Source of the DNA: Acidimicrobiia bacterium | GTDB lineage: Bacteria; Actinomycetota; Acidimicrobiia; IMCC26256; PALSA-610 | Length of the DNA stretch: 64,000 nucleotides | Direction: 5' to 3' | Assembly: GCA_052148155.1 (NCBI GenBank) | Contig: JBKQIY010000144.1 | Location: 547 to 64,546, forward strand | Part shown: positions 27,986 through 37,012 of the stretch, piece by piece | Layout: the number at the start of each line of letters is the position of its first letter | Numbering within the stretch: position 1 is the first letter of the stretch | Notes under the pieces: model-generated | What the model was told of the DNA's origin: nothing | Database searches by the model: none | The model's input: the letters and a program-made list of their open reading frames with translations, nothing else | Position numbers and translations under genes: made by a program

Positions 27986-28133
27986 CGACTTCATCAAGGC
28001 TCTGTCAGGCATGGACGGCGGGTCGTGAACGAGCGAAGCCGCGAGCGCGAAGACAGGTCGACACAGCTGATGTACAGACTCGATCGCTAGACATGCCCGA
28101 ATTGCATCGGCGTCGTGGTTTTCGGAGTGCAAC

Positions 28134-29060
28134 ATGATCGAAGCCACGGCTTTGACGAAACGGTACCGAACAACGTTGGCCGTGGATCACCTGACGTTCA
28201 CCGTGGCCGACGGTCGCGTGACAGGCTTTTTGGGTCCGAACGGTGCCGGGAAATCCACGACGATGCGACTGATCGTCGGTCTCGATGCCGCGTCGTCGGG
28301 GACCGTCACCGTGAACGGGCGCTCGCTACGTGATCGGCGCTTCCCGTTGCACGAAGTCGGTGCGTTGTTGGAGGCGAAGGCCATTCATCCGAGTCGCACG
28401 GCCCGGAACCATTTGCATTGGCTTGCCCAGTCGAACGGGATCAGTTCCGGCCGTGTCGACGAAGTCCTCGAACAGGTCGGACTGACGTCAGTCGCGCGGA
28501 AGCGGGCGGGGACGTTCTCGCTCGGCATGAGCCAGCGCCTCGGCATTGCGGCCGCACTGCTCGGCGATCCCGAAGTCTTGTTGCTCGACGAACCGGTGAA
28601 CGGGCTCGACCCGGAAGGCATTCAGTGGGTGCGTCGGCTCCTACGTTCACTTGCGTCCGAAGGTCGCACCGTGTTCGTGTCCAGCCATCTGATGAGCGAG
28701 ATGGCGCTCACTGCCGATCACCTGATCGTGATCGGCAAAGGCCGGCTCATCGCCGACGCGAGCGTCGAAGAGGTCATCGCGCAGGCGTCCGCGAATCACG
28801 TGAAGGTCGTCTCACCTCAAGCCGATGCGTTGCGTTCGCGCGTCACCGCGGCCGGCGCCGATGTCGAGCGCGACGGCGCGGACACCCTGATCGTGACCGG
28901 GTTGGAGTGCCGAGATGTCGGGATTATCGCTGCCGGTGCCGGGATCACGCTCTATGAGCTGTCGCGCCAAGAGGCATCGCTCGAGGAGGCCTTCATGGAG
29001 ATGACCCGCGGCAGCGCCGAATACGTCTCAGACCCCGACGCCGCCGGGAGCACGGCATGA
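28134..29060 (+). CDS. ABC transporter ATP-binding protein (ABC-2 type)
   Basis: GPNGAGKSTT, LSLGMSQRLGIAAAL, LLLDEPVNGLDP. Confidence 0.9.
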   Translation: MIEATALTKRYRTTLAVDHLTFTVADGRVTGFLGPNGAGKSTTMRLIVGLDAASSGTVTVNGRSLRDRRFPLHEVGALLEAKAIHPSRTARNHLHWLAQSNGISSGRVDEVLEQVGLTSVARKRAGTFSLGMSQRLGIAAALLGDPEVLLLDEPVNGLDPEGIQWVRRLLRSLASEGRTVFVSSHLMSEMALTADHLIVIGKGRLIADASVEEVIAQASANHVKVVSPQADALRSRVTAAGADVERDGADTLIVTGLECRDVGIIAAGAGITLYELSRQEASLEEAFMEMTRGSAEYVSDPDAAGSTA

Positions 29061-29905
29061 GTACCGCCGAAACGATGGTCGTGCCTGCGGTCCGTCGGAA
29101 CCTGCCGTCACCATCGCCGCTCAGCCAGTTCGTCGCGGTGGTGCGCGCAGAGTGGACGAAGCTGTGGTCTGTCCGGTCCACCATCTGGTCGTTACTCGTC
29201 ACGATCGCGATCATTGTCGGACTCGGGGCGCTGTTCTGCGCCGCGAGAGTCGCACGAGCCAACCGCCTCGATCCTGGCGACCTGCGAAACTTCGATCCAA
29301 CCGGGTTCAGCCTCAACGGCATCTTCTTGGCGCAACTCGCGGTCGGCGTGCTCGGCGTGTTGGTCATCAGCTCCGAGTACGCGACCGGTCAGATCCGGGC
29401 AACCTTGGGCGCGACCCCGCAACGGAACGTGGTCCTCGCCGCGAAGGTCGTGGTGTTCATGGTCGTCGTCTTCGTCGTCGGTCTCGTCGCGTGCTTCGCG
29501 GCCTTCTTCATCGGTCAAGGCATTTTGAGCGGCTCGACGCGGTTCCACCACGCCTCGATCGGCGATCCCGGCGCGCTCCGCGCCGTCATCGGCGGCGCGA
29601 TGTACCTCTCGGTACTCGGCGCGCTCGGAATCGGGTTGGGAACGATCCTGCGCCGCACCGCGGGGGCGATCGCTGCGCTCGTCGGCTTGTTACTGATCCT
29701 GCCCATCCTCGTCAACTTCCTGCCGTCGCCGTGGAGTACCGATATCTCCAAGTTCTTGCCGTTGCAGGCCGGAAACAACGTGTTCCATACTGCGAGCCTG
29801 TCCAGCACCGACCTGTCGCTGTGGGTCGGATTCGCCGTGTTCTGCGCGTACGCGGTCGCGTCGTTGGCGGTCGGTGCCGTGCTCCTCGTCCGGCGTGACG
29901 CCTAG
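29057..29905 (+). CDS. ABC-2 family transporter permease
   Basis: ATGA overlap with the ATPase gene. Six hydrophobic segments, and WTKLWSVRST near the N-terminus typical of ABC-2 permeases. Confidence 0.85.
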   Translation: MSTAETMVVPAVRRNLPSPSPLSQFVAVVRAEWTKLWSVRSTIWSLLVTIAIIVGLGALFCAARVARANRLDPGDLRNFDPTGFSLNGIFLAQLAVGVLGVLVISSEYATGQIRATLGATPQRNVVLAAKVVVFMVVVFVVGLVACFAAFFIGQGILSGSTRFHHASIGDPGALRAVIGGAMYLSVLGALGIGLGTILRRTAGAIAALVGLLLILPILVNFLPSPWSTDISKFLPLQAGNNVFHTASLSSTDLSLWVGFAVFCAYAVASLAVGAVLLVRRDA

Positions 29906-29941
29906 GCCGAAACGCCCGCGTTCCGACCGCGCCGATCAGGC

Positions 29942-29965
29942 CGGACGACGCAGCCGGGTCGTCCG
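29942..29965. terminator. possible stem-loop between convergent genes (8-bp stem CGGACGAC/GTCGTCCG, 8-nt loop)
   Basis: Read directly. No U-tract, so function is uncertain. Confidence 0.2.
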
Positions 29966-30115
29966 AGACGTTGACCACGTGCGTTGTGGCGATTCGTTAG
30001 GTGCACCCTCGGCGGGTGGGAGGGCCGGATATTGCGTAGACCACGGCACCTTCGGACGACACGAACGCGACGGCGCGTTGCGGGCGTCGAAGGACGGCGC
30101 CGATGCCGCGCCCTT

Positions 30116-31840
30116 TCAATGCTGCGACAAGATGCTGTCGGGGATCTGCGCTTCGGGATGTGGTTGTGTCGGGCTCCCGTGGCCATGGCGCGCCGGCGGT
30201 GCGTGCCGTCGTGCGGCGGCGCACGCTTCCAGACCGGCGAGCGCCCATGTCGCCAGATCGTCGATGTTGGCTCGAGTTGCGGCTGTTGGTCCGATGTCGT
30301 GCACATAGACGACCGCGTCGGTGAACAGGGCGAACCGGTGACGGGTTGTCTGTTCGGCGTGGACGATGAGTTCCTCGTGCACCTTCGCCAACCGGACGAG
30401 ATCGCGCATGCGGTCGACCTCGACGATCGGCCGCCGGCCCGACAACGGGATCGCGTCCGCGTCGACGAGGAGGTACCGGTAGCGGGCGATCATCGCGGCC
30501 GCGGCGCCCTGACCGGCACGCCGACGATCGACGGCGAGCACCGACGCGGCCGTCATGAGGATCAGTGCGATGAGCACGATCGAGACCAACCGCGCGAGCG
30601 CGTCTGAGAACTGGACCGGCCCGACGATAAACGTCCGTGCCCGTTCGGCCGGCACCCGTACCGCGCCGGTCTTCGACACTGACGCGCCGGCCGCGAGTTC
30701 ACCGCCCGTGGCCGGAGGCGGCGTCGGCAACAGTTCCACGGGTGTCACCTGGAACGCGAACACGGGAACGAGGTCGACATCGAGACGGGTCGCGGCGGCG
30801 TCGCCTCCCACATGCAACCGCCAGGCGACCTGCAATGTCACATCGGGTGTGCTGAGTCCAGTCTCAGCAGTGAACGCGTGCTCCATTCGTTGCAGCGCGT
30901 CGAGGTCGAGCGTCGCAGTGGTGTGCAGCTGATCTCCGGCGAACCGGCGCGGCGCCGCGAGGACGAGCTCACGTTGCCAACCGGTGGCGCTCGACACGTC
31001 GGCGACGACCTGCGACGTTTCGAGTATCGCTCGGGGTGTGTCCGGGCTCAACGCGAACGTGAAATGGAGATCGACGGTGACCTGGTGTATCAGCCGTGTG
31101 AACAGCGGATCGCCACTTTGAATCTGACCTTGCGGATAGACCGCACCACGAGGGGCGAGCCCGGAGTAGCCGATCGTCGCGGTCTGTCGGTACGGCTCGG
31201 CGACAGTTGTCGTCTCCGTGCGCGGCGCGCACCAGACGGTGACGGCGACAAGCACCGCCGTGCTTGTGGCGATCGCGGCGCAAACGAGCACCCCGACGGC
31301 CCGCCGACCGAGCCGAGGTGTAGCCAAGCGTGGGAGTGGGGACCGCGGCCGGGCGCGTCGTTGTACTCGTTTGCGCCGCGATCGCCGGTTCCCGAACGCG
31401 AATCCGCCGAAGATGAACGCGAGCACGGGGAACAGCACGACCGGTCGGCCCGCCAGCGCCCGAACCTCTCCACCGTGAGGTACCCGGGCCACGAGCCTGC
31501 CGACGAGGAGATTCGCGGTCGGGTGATCAGGATCGGTGAAGTTGTTGTTGTCGCCTTTGAACGTGAATCGCCCGTCGTGTATCGCAATGATGCGATGCAG
31601 CACGACGGTGCGCAACGTCGCGCTGTGGTAGGCCGCGATCTCGCCGACGTGGTACGCCAAAGCCGGCTGCACGATCGCCAGATCGCCCGTGTGGAAGCGG
31701 GGGATCATGCTCGTCCCGTGGGTCGAGACGAACGTGGTGTTCCCGCCGAGGGTCGCCGGCCAGAACACGACCGCGACGGTGATGAGCGCGCCGGTCAGTG
31801 CGAGCTGCACCGTCGTCCGTAGCAAGCGCAGGGGGCGCAT
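30116..31840 (-). CDS. SipW-type (S26B, ER/archaeal-type) signal peptidase I fused to a ~400-aa membrane-flanked domain
   Basis: Peptidase boxes GTSMIP, GDLAIV, VLHRII (His rather than Lys base region), FKGDNNNFTDP. Then TM (VVLFPVLAFIFGGFAFG), a basic linker, TM (AVGVLVCAAIATSTAVLVAVTVW), about 260 aa, TM (LVSIVLIALILMTAASVLAV) and a ~130-aa tail. Confidence 0.8.
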   Translation of the reverse strand: MRPLRLLRTTVQLALTGALITVAVVFWPATLGGNTTFVSTHGTSMIPRFHTGDLAIVQPALAYHVGEIAAYHSATLRTVVLHRIIAIHDGRFTFKGDNNNFTDPDHPTANLLVGRLVARVPHGGEVRALAGRPVVLFPVLAFIFGGFAFGNRRSRRKRVQRRARPRSPLPRLATPRLGRRAVGVLVCAAIATSTAVLVAVTVWCAPRTETTTVAEPYRQTATIGYSGLAPRGAVYPQGQIQSGDPLFTRLIHQVTVDLHFTFALSPDTPRAILETSQVVADVSSATGWQRELVLAAPRRFAGDQLHTTATLDLDALQRMEHAFTAETGLSTPDVTLQVAWRLHVGGDAAATRLDVDLVPVFAFQVTPVELLPTPPPATGGELAAGASVSKTGAVRVPAERARTFIVGPVQFSDALARLVSIVLIALILMTAASVLAVDRRRAGQGAAAAMIARYRYLLVDADAIPLSGRRPIVEVDRMRDLVRLAKVHEELIVHAEQTTRHRFALFTDAVVYVHDIGPTAATRANIDDLATWALAGLEACAAARRHAPPARHGHGSPTQPHPEAQIPDSILSQH

Positions 31841-31915
31841 CGTCGTGGTTGCTCGCGCGCGGAGCAGAGGCCCGAGTGCTGGCCCCTACCCCGCTCGCGC
31901 GCTTCCCCCGGATCG

Positions 31916-32332
31916 CTAGTTGGAGACTGCGATGTCGGTTGCCTGGATGGTCGCGACGTCTTGCGCCAAGCTCGTGACGTCGCACGTGAACGTGGTCGAC
32001 GTCGAGCCGTCGTAGACGCCGACGCCGCAATCGACCGTCGGGCCCGGCGTCGCGCTCACCGTGAACCCGACGAAGCCGTGTTCTTGCGGTACGCCCGCCG
32101 TCAAGTCGCCCGCGGCCACGAACGTGACCGTGTCAACCGTCACGCCGTCGGACGCCAAGGTGTAGTGCATGCTCGTGACGTGGGCGCCCGACACGTTCTG
32201 CGTGCCGTAACCGAGCTGGTTGCCGGCGTGAGTGTCGAATGTGTTGCTCGCCGTGAACGCGGCGCCGACCGCGACGGCGATGAGCACCATGATCGCGAGC
32301 GCAAAGAAATTCGTACGTTGCCTACGTAACAT
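31916..32332 (-). CDS. small secreted protein with SipW-cognate-like (TasA/camelysin-type) signal peptide
   Basis: MLRRQRTNFFALAIMVLIAVAVGAAFTASNTF: the AAF-T/N junction resembles the B. subtilis TasA signal region (..GGGTWAAFND, as I recall it). The mature part is Thr/Val/Gly-rich and beta-like. Immediately upstream of the SipW-type peptidase on the same strand. Confidence 0.6.
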   Translation of the reverse strand: MLRRQRTNFFALAIMVLIAVAVGAAFTASNTFDTHAGNQLGYGTQNVSGAHVTSMHYTLASDGVTVDTVTFVAAGDLTAGVPQEHGFVGFTVSATPGPTVDCGVGVYDGSTSTTFTCDVTSLAQDVATIQATDIAVSN

Positions 32333-32482
32333 AATTGGGGCCTCCTTGCCCGTTTCAACACCTGGCCGTCCTGTTGGCCAACGGGTTGATCGGCTCGGAG
32401 GAGATGGGCCTTGAGGCCCTCCTGGGCGACACTTCGGGCGCGCCTCGGCCCAGACCCGATGTCGACGTGGTGACCGGTCGCG

Positions 32483-33820
32483 TCAGCGGTGGTCGGTGAT
32501 TCCGGCGATGCGATGCATCCGCAGGCGCCGGGTCCCTGCCTTGAAGTCAGCGAGTTCGCTGGTCACGAGCCAGAGCGCCAACGCGCTGAACACAAGCAAG
32601 CCGAGCAGGGCAGCGAGATTGAGGCCTGTCGCCAACGCGGACGTCGACCGTTTGACGAACGACGCCGGAACGAACGACAGCTGGCGCGAACCACGCGCCG
32701 CTTTGGTGGCCTTGTGGCCCCCTGCGAAGTAGCCGCCACCGGCGCCCGTATTGCCGGTTCCGGAACCGGCGGCCTGGGCCTTGGTTTTCGCAGGCTTGCC
32801 CTTGAGGGTGTACCTGGCGCCGCGCCGGGCCTTGGACCGGGCCTTTTGATGCTGCGCCGGATGGCCAACCTTGTGAGAGACCGGTCGATAGTGGGGGCGC
32901 ACCGACCCGCCTCCACCTCCGTTGCCGGCTGTCGGGACCGGCAGCGGCGGCAACGCGTTGCTCGACGTCGGGGTCGCCGACTCGGTGGTTGGCGTCGCGG
33001 CGGTGGTGGTCGGGCGCGGACGAGGCTGGGTCGGTGGCGGTGCTGCCGCGTAGGGAGCGGGAGTGAACGTGAGTGACAATACGACCGCCGGGACCGGCGG
33101 ACCGCTGTTCGGGTCGATCGTGGTGGCCGGCGCGGGTTGGTTGAACTGTGTGGTGGTCGTGGTGGTCGTGACCGGAAGGGAGAGCGCGCCGTTGATCGCG
33201 TTCTCGTATCCGCCACATCCGGAGGTCGCGGTCGGGATCGCGTTGACCGTGAAGTCGGGGTCAACCATCGAAACTGTTCCGGTGTCCGACGAGTACGGGA
33301 TCGCGCCCTGCGCGTTCGTGCGGGTCACGACCTGGAACGGCCCGACCGGACAGTTGTTCATGGTCGGTGACTGCGACCACAGCAATTCGATACTTCCGGA
33401 GAGGAACGCCGCACCGCTGGCCGGGTCGATGCCGCCTTCGAAGTTGCTGGTCGCGACGGCTTGCACGCTGACCACGGCGGGAGAGGTCGATGCCGAAGAA
33501 CTCGACGAGCCCGGCGAATCGGGCAGATTGACCTGTACTTCGACCGGCTGGAACGAAAGGCTCGACTGCGGGATCGTGATCAGGCCGTTCGGCGACACAT
33601 TGGCGGAGGCGGACCCCATGGTCGACATGCCCGCCACGGTGAACGTCGGGGTGAACACGGACAGGTGCATCGAGATGGTGACGTCACCCGCGTCGGCGAT
33701 GACAGCGCCGGCACTGGGGGCGATCATGGGCGCAATGACCGCGACTGCGAGCGCGACCGCAGCCGCGATGGCGAGTCGCCGCTTTTTGGCGCTCGAGGCC
33801 CGCAAGGTTACTTTCCCCAT
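32483..33820 (-). CDS. secreted, C-terminally membrane-anchored protein with poly-Thr and Pro/Thr-rich linker
   Basis: ORF 32483..34009 trimmed to ATG 33820 (MGKVTLRASSAKKRRLAIAAAVALAVAVIAPMIAPSAGA signal peptide). Followed by TTTTTTTQ, a PT-rich spacer, a Gly- and Lys/Arg-rich segment, a C-terminal TM (LNLAALLGLLVFSALALWLV) and a short basic tail. No LPXTG motif. Confidence 0.65.
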   Translation of the reverse strand: MGKVTLRASSAKKRRLAIAAAVALAVAVIAPMIAPSAGAVIADAGDVTISMHLSVFTPTFTVAGMSTMGSASANVSPNGLITIPQSSLSFQPVEVQVNLPDSPGSSSSSASTSPAVVSVQAVATSNFEGGIDPASGAAFLSGSIELLWSQSPTMNNCPVGPFQVVTRTNAQGAIPYSSDTGTVSMVDPDFTVNAIPTATSGCGGYENAINGALSLPVTTTTTTTQFNQPAPATTIDPNSGPPVPAVVLSLTFTPAPYAAAPPPTQPRPRPTTTAATPTTESATPTSSNALPPLPVPTAGNGGGGGSVRPHYRPVSHKVGHPAQHQKARSKARRGARYTLKGKPAKTKAQAAGSGTGNTGAGGGYFAGGHKATKAARGSRQLSFVPASFVKRSTSALATGLNLAALLGLLVFSALALWLVTSELADFKAGTRRLRMHRIAGITDHR

Positions 33821-34032
33821 TTTCCCCGCCACAGATAGGACAGAGTAGGACGAAACCGCTCTGTTATGCCAAGGGTCTATCGAACTACTGGCGTACGAGA
33901 TAGGGGCGGTCGCCAACTTTGACGCAAGCTTGCGGAAGCTTGACCGCTCCCCGCCGCTAATGTGAGAGTCCTGTTCGTCCCGTGCCCGCAGACGGTCTGG
34001 TACTGCCATACGAGGCGCTCGGGCTGATCGTC

Positions 34033-35835
34033 ATGGGGCTCGACCGGACCATGGATCCCGACACCCGCCCACCCGACCAGCACTCACGACTGCGCGTCGT
34101 CGACCTCCGCGTCGGTCCCGGCCGCGAGCTCCATCTGGGCGGACATCTGGCAGGGATCCTGGCCGACAGCCGAGAGCGCAGCGCCGCCGCATCCTGGATC
34201 TCGGCGACCGTCGCCGGGCCCCGGCCGGCCGATGCCGACGGCTCCATCGACGTCGACGGGACGGTCGTGTCGGTACATACGCTCCCGTCGCCGATGCTGG
34301 CACCGGGACAACCGCGAGTGGTCGACCAGGGCCTGCTCTGGACCCAGTGGCGGTCGAGCTGCGCCCGCCGCCGCGATGAACTCGCGGCGGCGCATGCGTC
34401 GCATCGTCTGGAGCGATATCGGATCGAGGCGGCGCTCGAGCGGGCGCGGACCCGCCCCGCCGCATCGACGCCCCGGCCCGAGCCGGCCCCGCGGCCCGAG
34501 CCCGATCGGGCGGCCGAACTGCCGTCCGGCCCCGAGCCGGAGACGGGACCCGAAGGCGAACCGGACGACAACGCGGCCCTGCGCAGCCAGGTGCAGTCCC
34601 TCATCGCGTCACTCGACGTGCTTCCCGCGGCGCCGCTGCCGGAAGGAGCGCTCCTCGCCGACGCATGGGATGCGCACGCGGCGCTGGTCCGGGTCCGCGA
34701 CGGCCTCGACGCGCTTCCTTCGGCTGACGTGGAAACGCTGGAGCAGCGCGTCGACGCGGCGCGCGCCAGCGTCGCCGAGACGTCGGCCGGCATCTCCGAC
34801 CAGGCACGACTGCAGATCGAAGAATGCCACCGCGGGGTGGTGGAGGCCGAGGCGGAACTCTTCGCGGCGAAACGTCGACATCGCTCGCGTGCGATCACGA
34901 ATTACGAACATGCTGTCGCCGCGGAACTTGTGACGCTCGCAGATGCCGGGCTCGATTCGCACGCGTCGTTCCTTGTCGCGGTCGACGAAGGCGCCGCCGC
35001 ATCCAATGCGGCCGCCAGACGGCTCGCACTGGCCGAACTCGCCGAAGCAAGAGCAGAGCTCGACGAGGCGCTGCAGGTTCCCGACATGCCGACGCGCGCC
35101 GAGCTCGAAGAACGTGAGGCCCAGATGGGCGCCCGCGCGTTCGAACTGCTTGGCTACGCGCCGGGAACCGATCCGGCCGCTGAGCTTCGCGCGTTGCGGG
35201 TCCCGACCGAAGGTCGCGCCGAACTGCTCGACGAGATCGCGCAGGTGTTGACGACCGCGGGCGTCGTGGTGATCGGCGATCTCGTGGATTGCGCTCGCGC
35301 ATTTGTTGCGCCGAGGTCGCGTCAGCCGCAGACCGCGGCGCGGGACAGACCCGCGACCTCGACACCTTCGGAACCGGTTCGTGTCGTGCCGGCCGCGGTC
35401 ACTTCGGTTCGCACCCTCGACGTCGAAACGCTGGAACAGCAGCGCTTCGCTCACGACCGCGCTCTCGAGCAGCTCGATACCGAACTCGCGGCGATCGACG
35501 CGGTCTACAACGCCGATCTGCGGACGCTCCCGGCCGCCGAGCTGACGCGGGCAGTCGAGGTGTTGCTCGATCGGTACCGATCGGGGGCCCTGTTGGCTGG
35601 TCGGCTCCCGCTTGTTCTCGACGGTGCGCTCGACGGGCTCACCCCTGCCGCACGCGAAGCGGCGGTGAAGGCCCTCGCAGGTGCCGATGACCTCCAGACG
35701 ATCGTGGTCAGCGACGATGTCGAGGTCATGCAGAGCCTGGCGCAGACCGGTGGCACCCTCGTGCGGTGGCCGGCGCCTGACCCGTCCAGGCGCGATGGCT
35801 CGCCGCGCCAGCCGACCCCGGCCGGCGGCGCATGA
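34033..35835 (+). CDS. coiled-coil protein with degenerate SMC/RecF-like ATPase head features
   Basis: ORF 33982..35835; ATG 34033 or 34051 plausible. N-terminus LRVVDLRVGPGRELHLGGHLAGILADS sits where a Walker A would be, but no GK[ST] is present. Long Ala/Glu/Arg helical middle. C-terminus LPLVLDGALDGL...LQTIVVSDD is a Walker-B/D-loop-like pattern without DE. Confidence 0.55.
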   Translation: MGLDRTMDPDTRPPDQHSRLRVVDLRVGPGRELHLGGHLAGILADSRERSAAASWISATVAGPRPADADGSIDVDGTVVSVHTLPSPMLAPGQPRVVDQGLLWTQWRSSCARRRDELAAAHASHRLERYRIEAALERARTRPAASTPRPEPAPRPEPDRAAELPSGPEPETGPEGEPDDNAALRSQVQSLIASLDVLPAAPLPEGALLADAWDAHAALVRVRDGLDALPSADVETLEQRVDAARASVAETSAGISDQARLQIEECHRGVVEAEAELFAAKRRHRSRAITNYEHAVAAELVTLADAGLDSHASFLVAVDEGAAASNAAARRLALAELAEARAELDEALQVPDMPTRAELEEREAQMGARAFELLGYAPGTDPAAELRALRVPTEGRAELLDEIAQVLTTAGVVVIGDLVDCARAFVAPRSRQPQTAARDRPATSTPSEPVRVVPAAVTSVRTLDVETLEQQRFAHDRALEQLDTELAAIDAVYNADLRTLPAAELTRAVEVLLDRYRSGALLAGRLPLVLDGALDGLTPAAREAAVKALAGADDLQTIVVSDDVEVMQSLAQTGGTLVRWPAPDPSRRDGSPRQPTPAGGA

Positions 35836-36227
35836 TTTCGCCGGAGCGGGTACGCGTGGTCGTCGATGCGTACGTGGAGGCGTATCGACGGAACGACAAA
35901 CAAGCGTGCCTGGACCTATTCGCGGCCGGGGCGGAGTGGCACGATCCGGTCGGGGAGCCGCCGCACGTCGGTCACGTCGGAGTGAGCGCGTTCTGGGAGC
36001 AAGCCCGAACGATGGCGGATGTCATCGAACTCGTCCCGAGCGACGTGATCGTGTGCGCCAACCAGGCGGCGATGGTGTTCGAGATCCACGTGACCGTGGG
36101 TGCGGCGGACGGCTCGTCGTCGACGATGGTGATGGATGCCGTCGACGTCTTCGTGCTCGACGACGATGGACTCATCGTCGAGCTCCGCGCGTATTGGGAC
36201 ATGACGCGCGCACGTACGCGCGCTTAG
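35832..36227 (+). CDS. SnoaL-like / NTF2-fold protein
   Basis: ERVRVVVDAYVEAYRRNDKQACLDLFAAGAEWHDPVG is the typical SnoaL/ketosteroid-isomerase-like start. ATGA overlap with the upstream gene. Confidence 0.7.
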   Translation: MISPERVRVVVDAYVEAYRRNDKQACLDLFAAGAEWHDPVGEPPHVGHVGVSAFWEQARTMADVIELVPSDVIVCANQAAMVFEIHVTVGAADGSSSTMVMDAVDVFVLDDDGLIVELRAYWDMTRARTRA

Positions 36228-36327
36228 CGCGATTCGATGCCGAAAACGCAACGAAAGGGCACGGCCGCGGGGCGCTGACCAGGCCGACTTTCGCCGGGAC
36301 ACCTGTTTCGGCCACAATCTATAAGCG

Positions 36328-37008
36328 ATGAACGTTGAATCCCGCGATTCCGTCTCGCTCAAGCCCGCAGAACTCGATGAGTTCGCTCAGATGCTCACCG
36401 TCAGCGGGCTCTCCCTGACCGACGAGCAGATCGACCTGCAGCTTGAAGCGTTCCCGCTCGCAGTCGTCGCGATGTTCGACAGCGAGGTCCAGGGCGTCAT
36501 GCTCGGCTCGCTCGAACGGATCGGTGGAACACCCGCGATCCTTTGGGGTCTCGGCGTGGCGCGCAAAGGCAAGCAGGCCGCGACCGCGCTGAAAGCGATG
36601 ACCGGCGAGTTGTCGCGCCGTGCCGCGATCTCGTTTCCCGACGAGGACGTGCTCGTCGCGACCCGCCTGTCGCAGCCGAGCTGTTATGCACTCCTCGCCA
36701 GCTACGCGAACCTCGTTCCCCGTCCCGGTTACGTTCCCAACGGCGAAGACCGCGCGTGGGGCCGGCGCCTCGCGAAGCGGTTCGGACTCGACCCCCATTT
36801 CGACGACCGCGGGTTCACGGTCGCGGTGAAGAGCCGCAAGCCGACCTGTGTCCCGATCCTCGACGCCAGTCCGGTCAAGGCGACCGGCGGTTCCAAGATC
36901 GTGTCCCTGGTCGGCGAACTCGACGCGACGCGCGGCAAAGCGATGATCGTGTTCGGGTGGGCGATCGCCGAAGAGCTCGCGGCCGGTTCGTACGTCGCCG
37001 CGTTCTAG
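36328..37008 (+). CDS. hypothetical protein (no motif recognised)
   Basis: Clean 226-aa ORF with protein-like composition. I could not assign a family. Confidence 0.55.
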   Translation: MNVESRDSVSLKPAELDEFAQMLTVSGLSLTDEQIDLQLEAFPLAVVAMFDSEVQGVMLGSLERIGGTPAILWGLGVARKGKQAATALKAMTGELSRRAAISFPDEDVLVATRLSQPSCYALLASYANLVPRPGYVPNGEDRAWGRRLAKRFGLDPHFDDRGFTVAVKSRKPTCVPILDASPVKATGGSKIVSLVGELDATRGKAMIVFGWAIAEELAAGSYVAAF

Positions 37009-37012
37009 GTGT

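Noticed and set aside
36300-36330. TATAAG just upstream of ATG 36328 as a -10 box for a leaderless transcript.
   Set aside because: The spacing to the start codon is too short for the usual -10-to-TSS distance, and the hexamer does not fit the actinobacterial TANNNT pattern.
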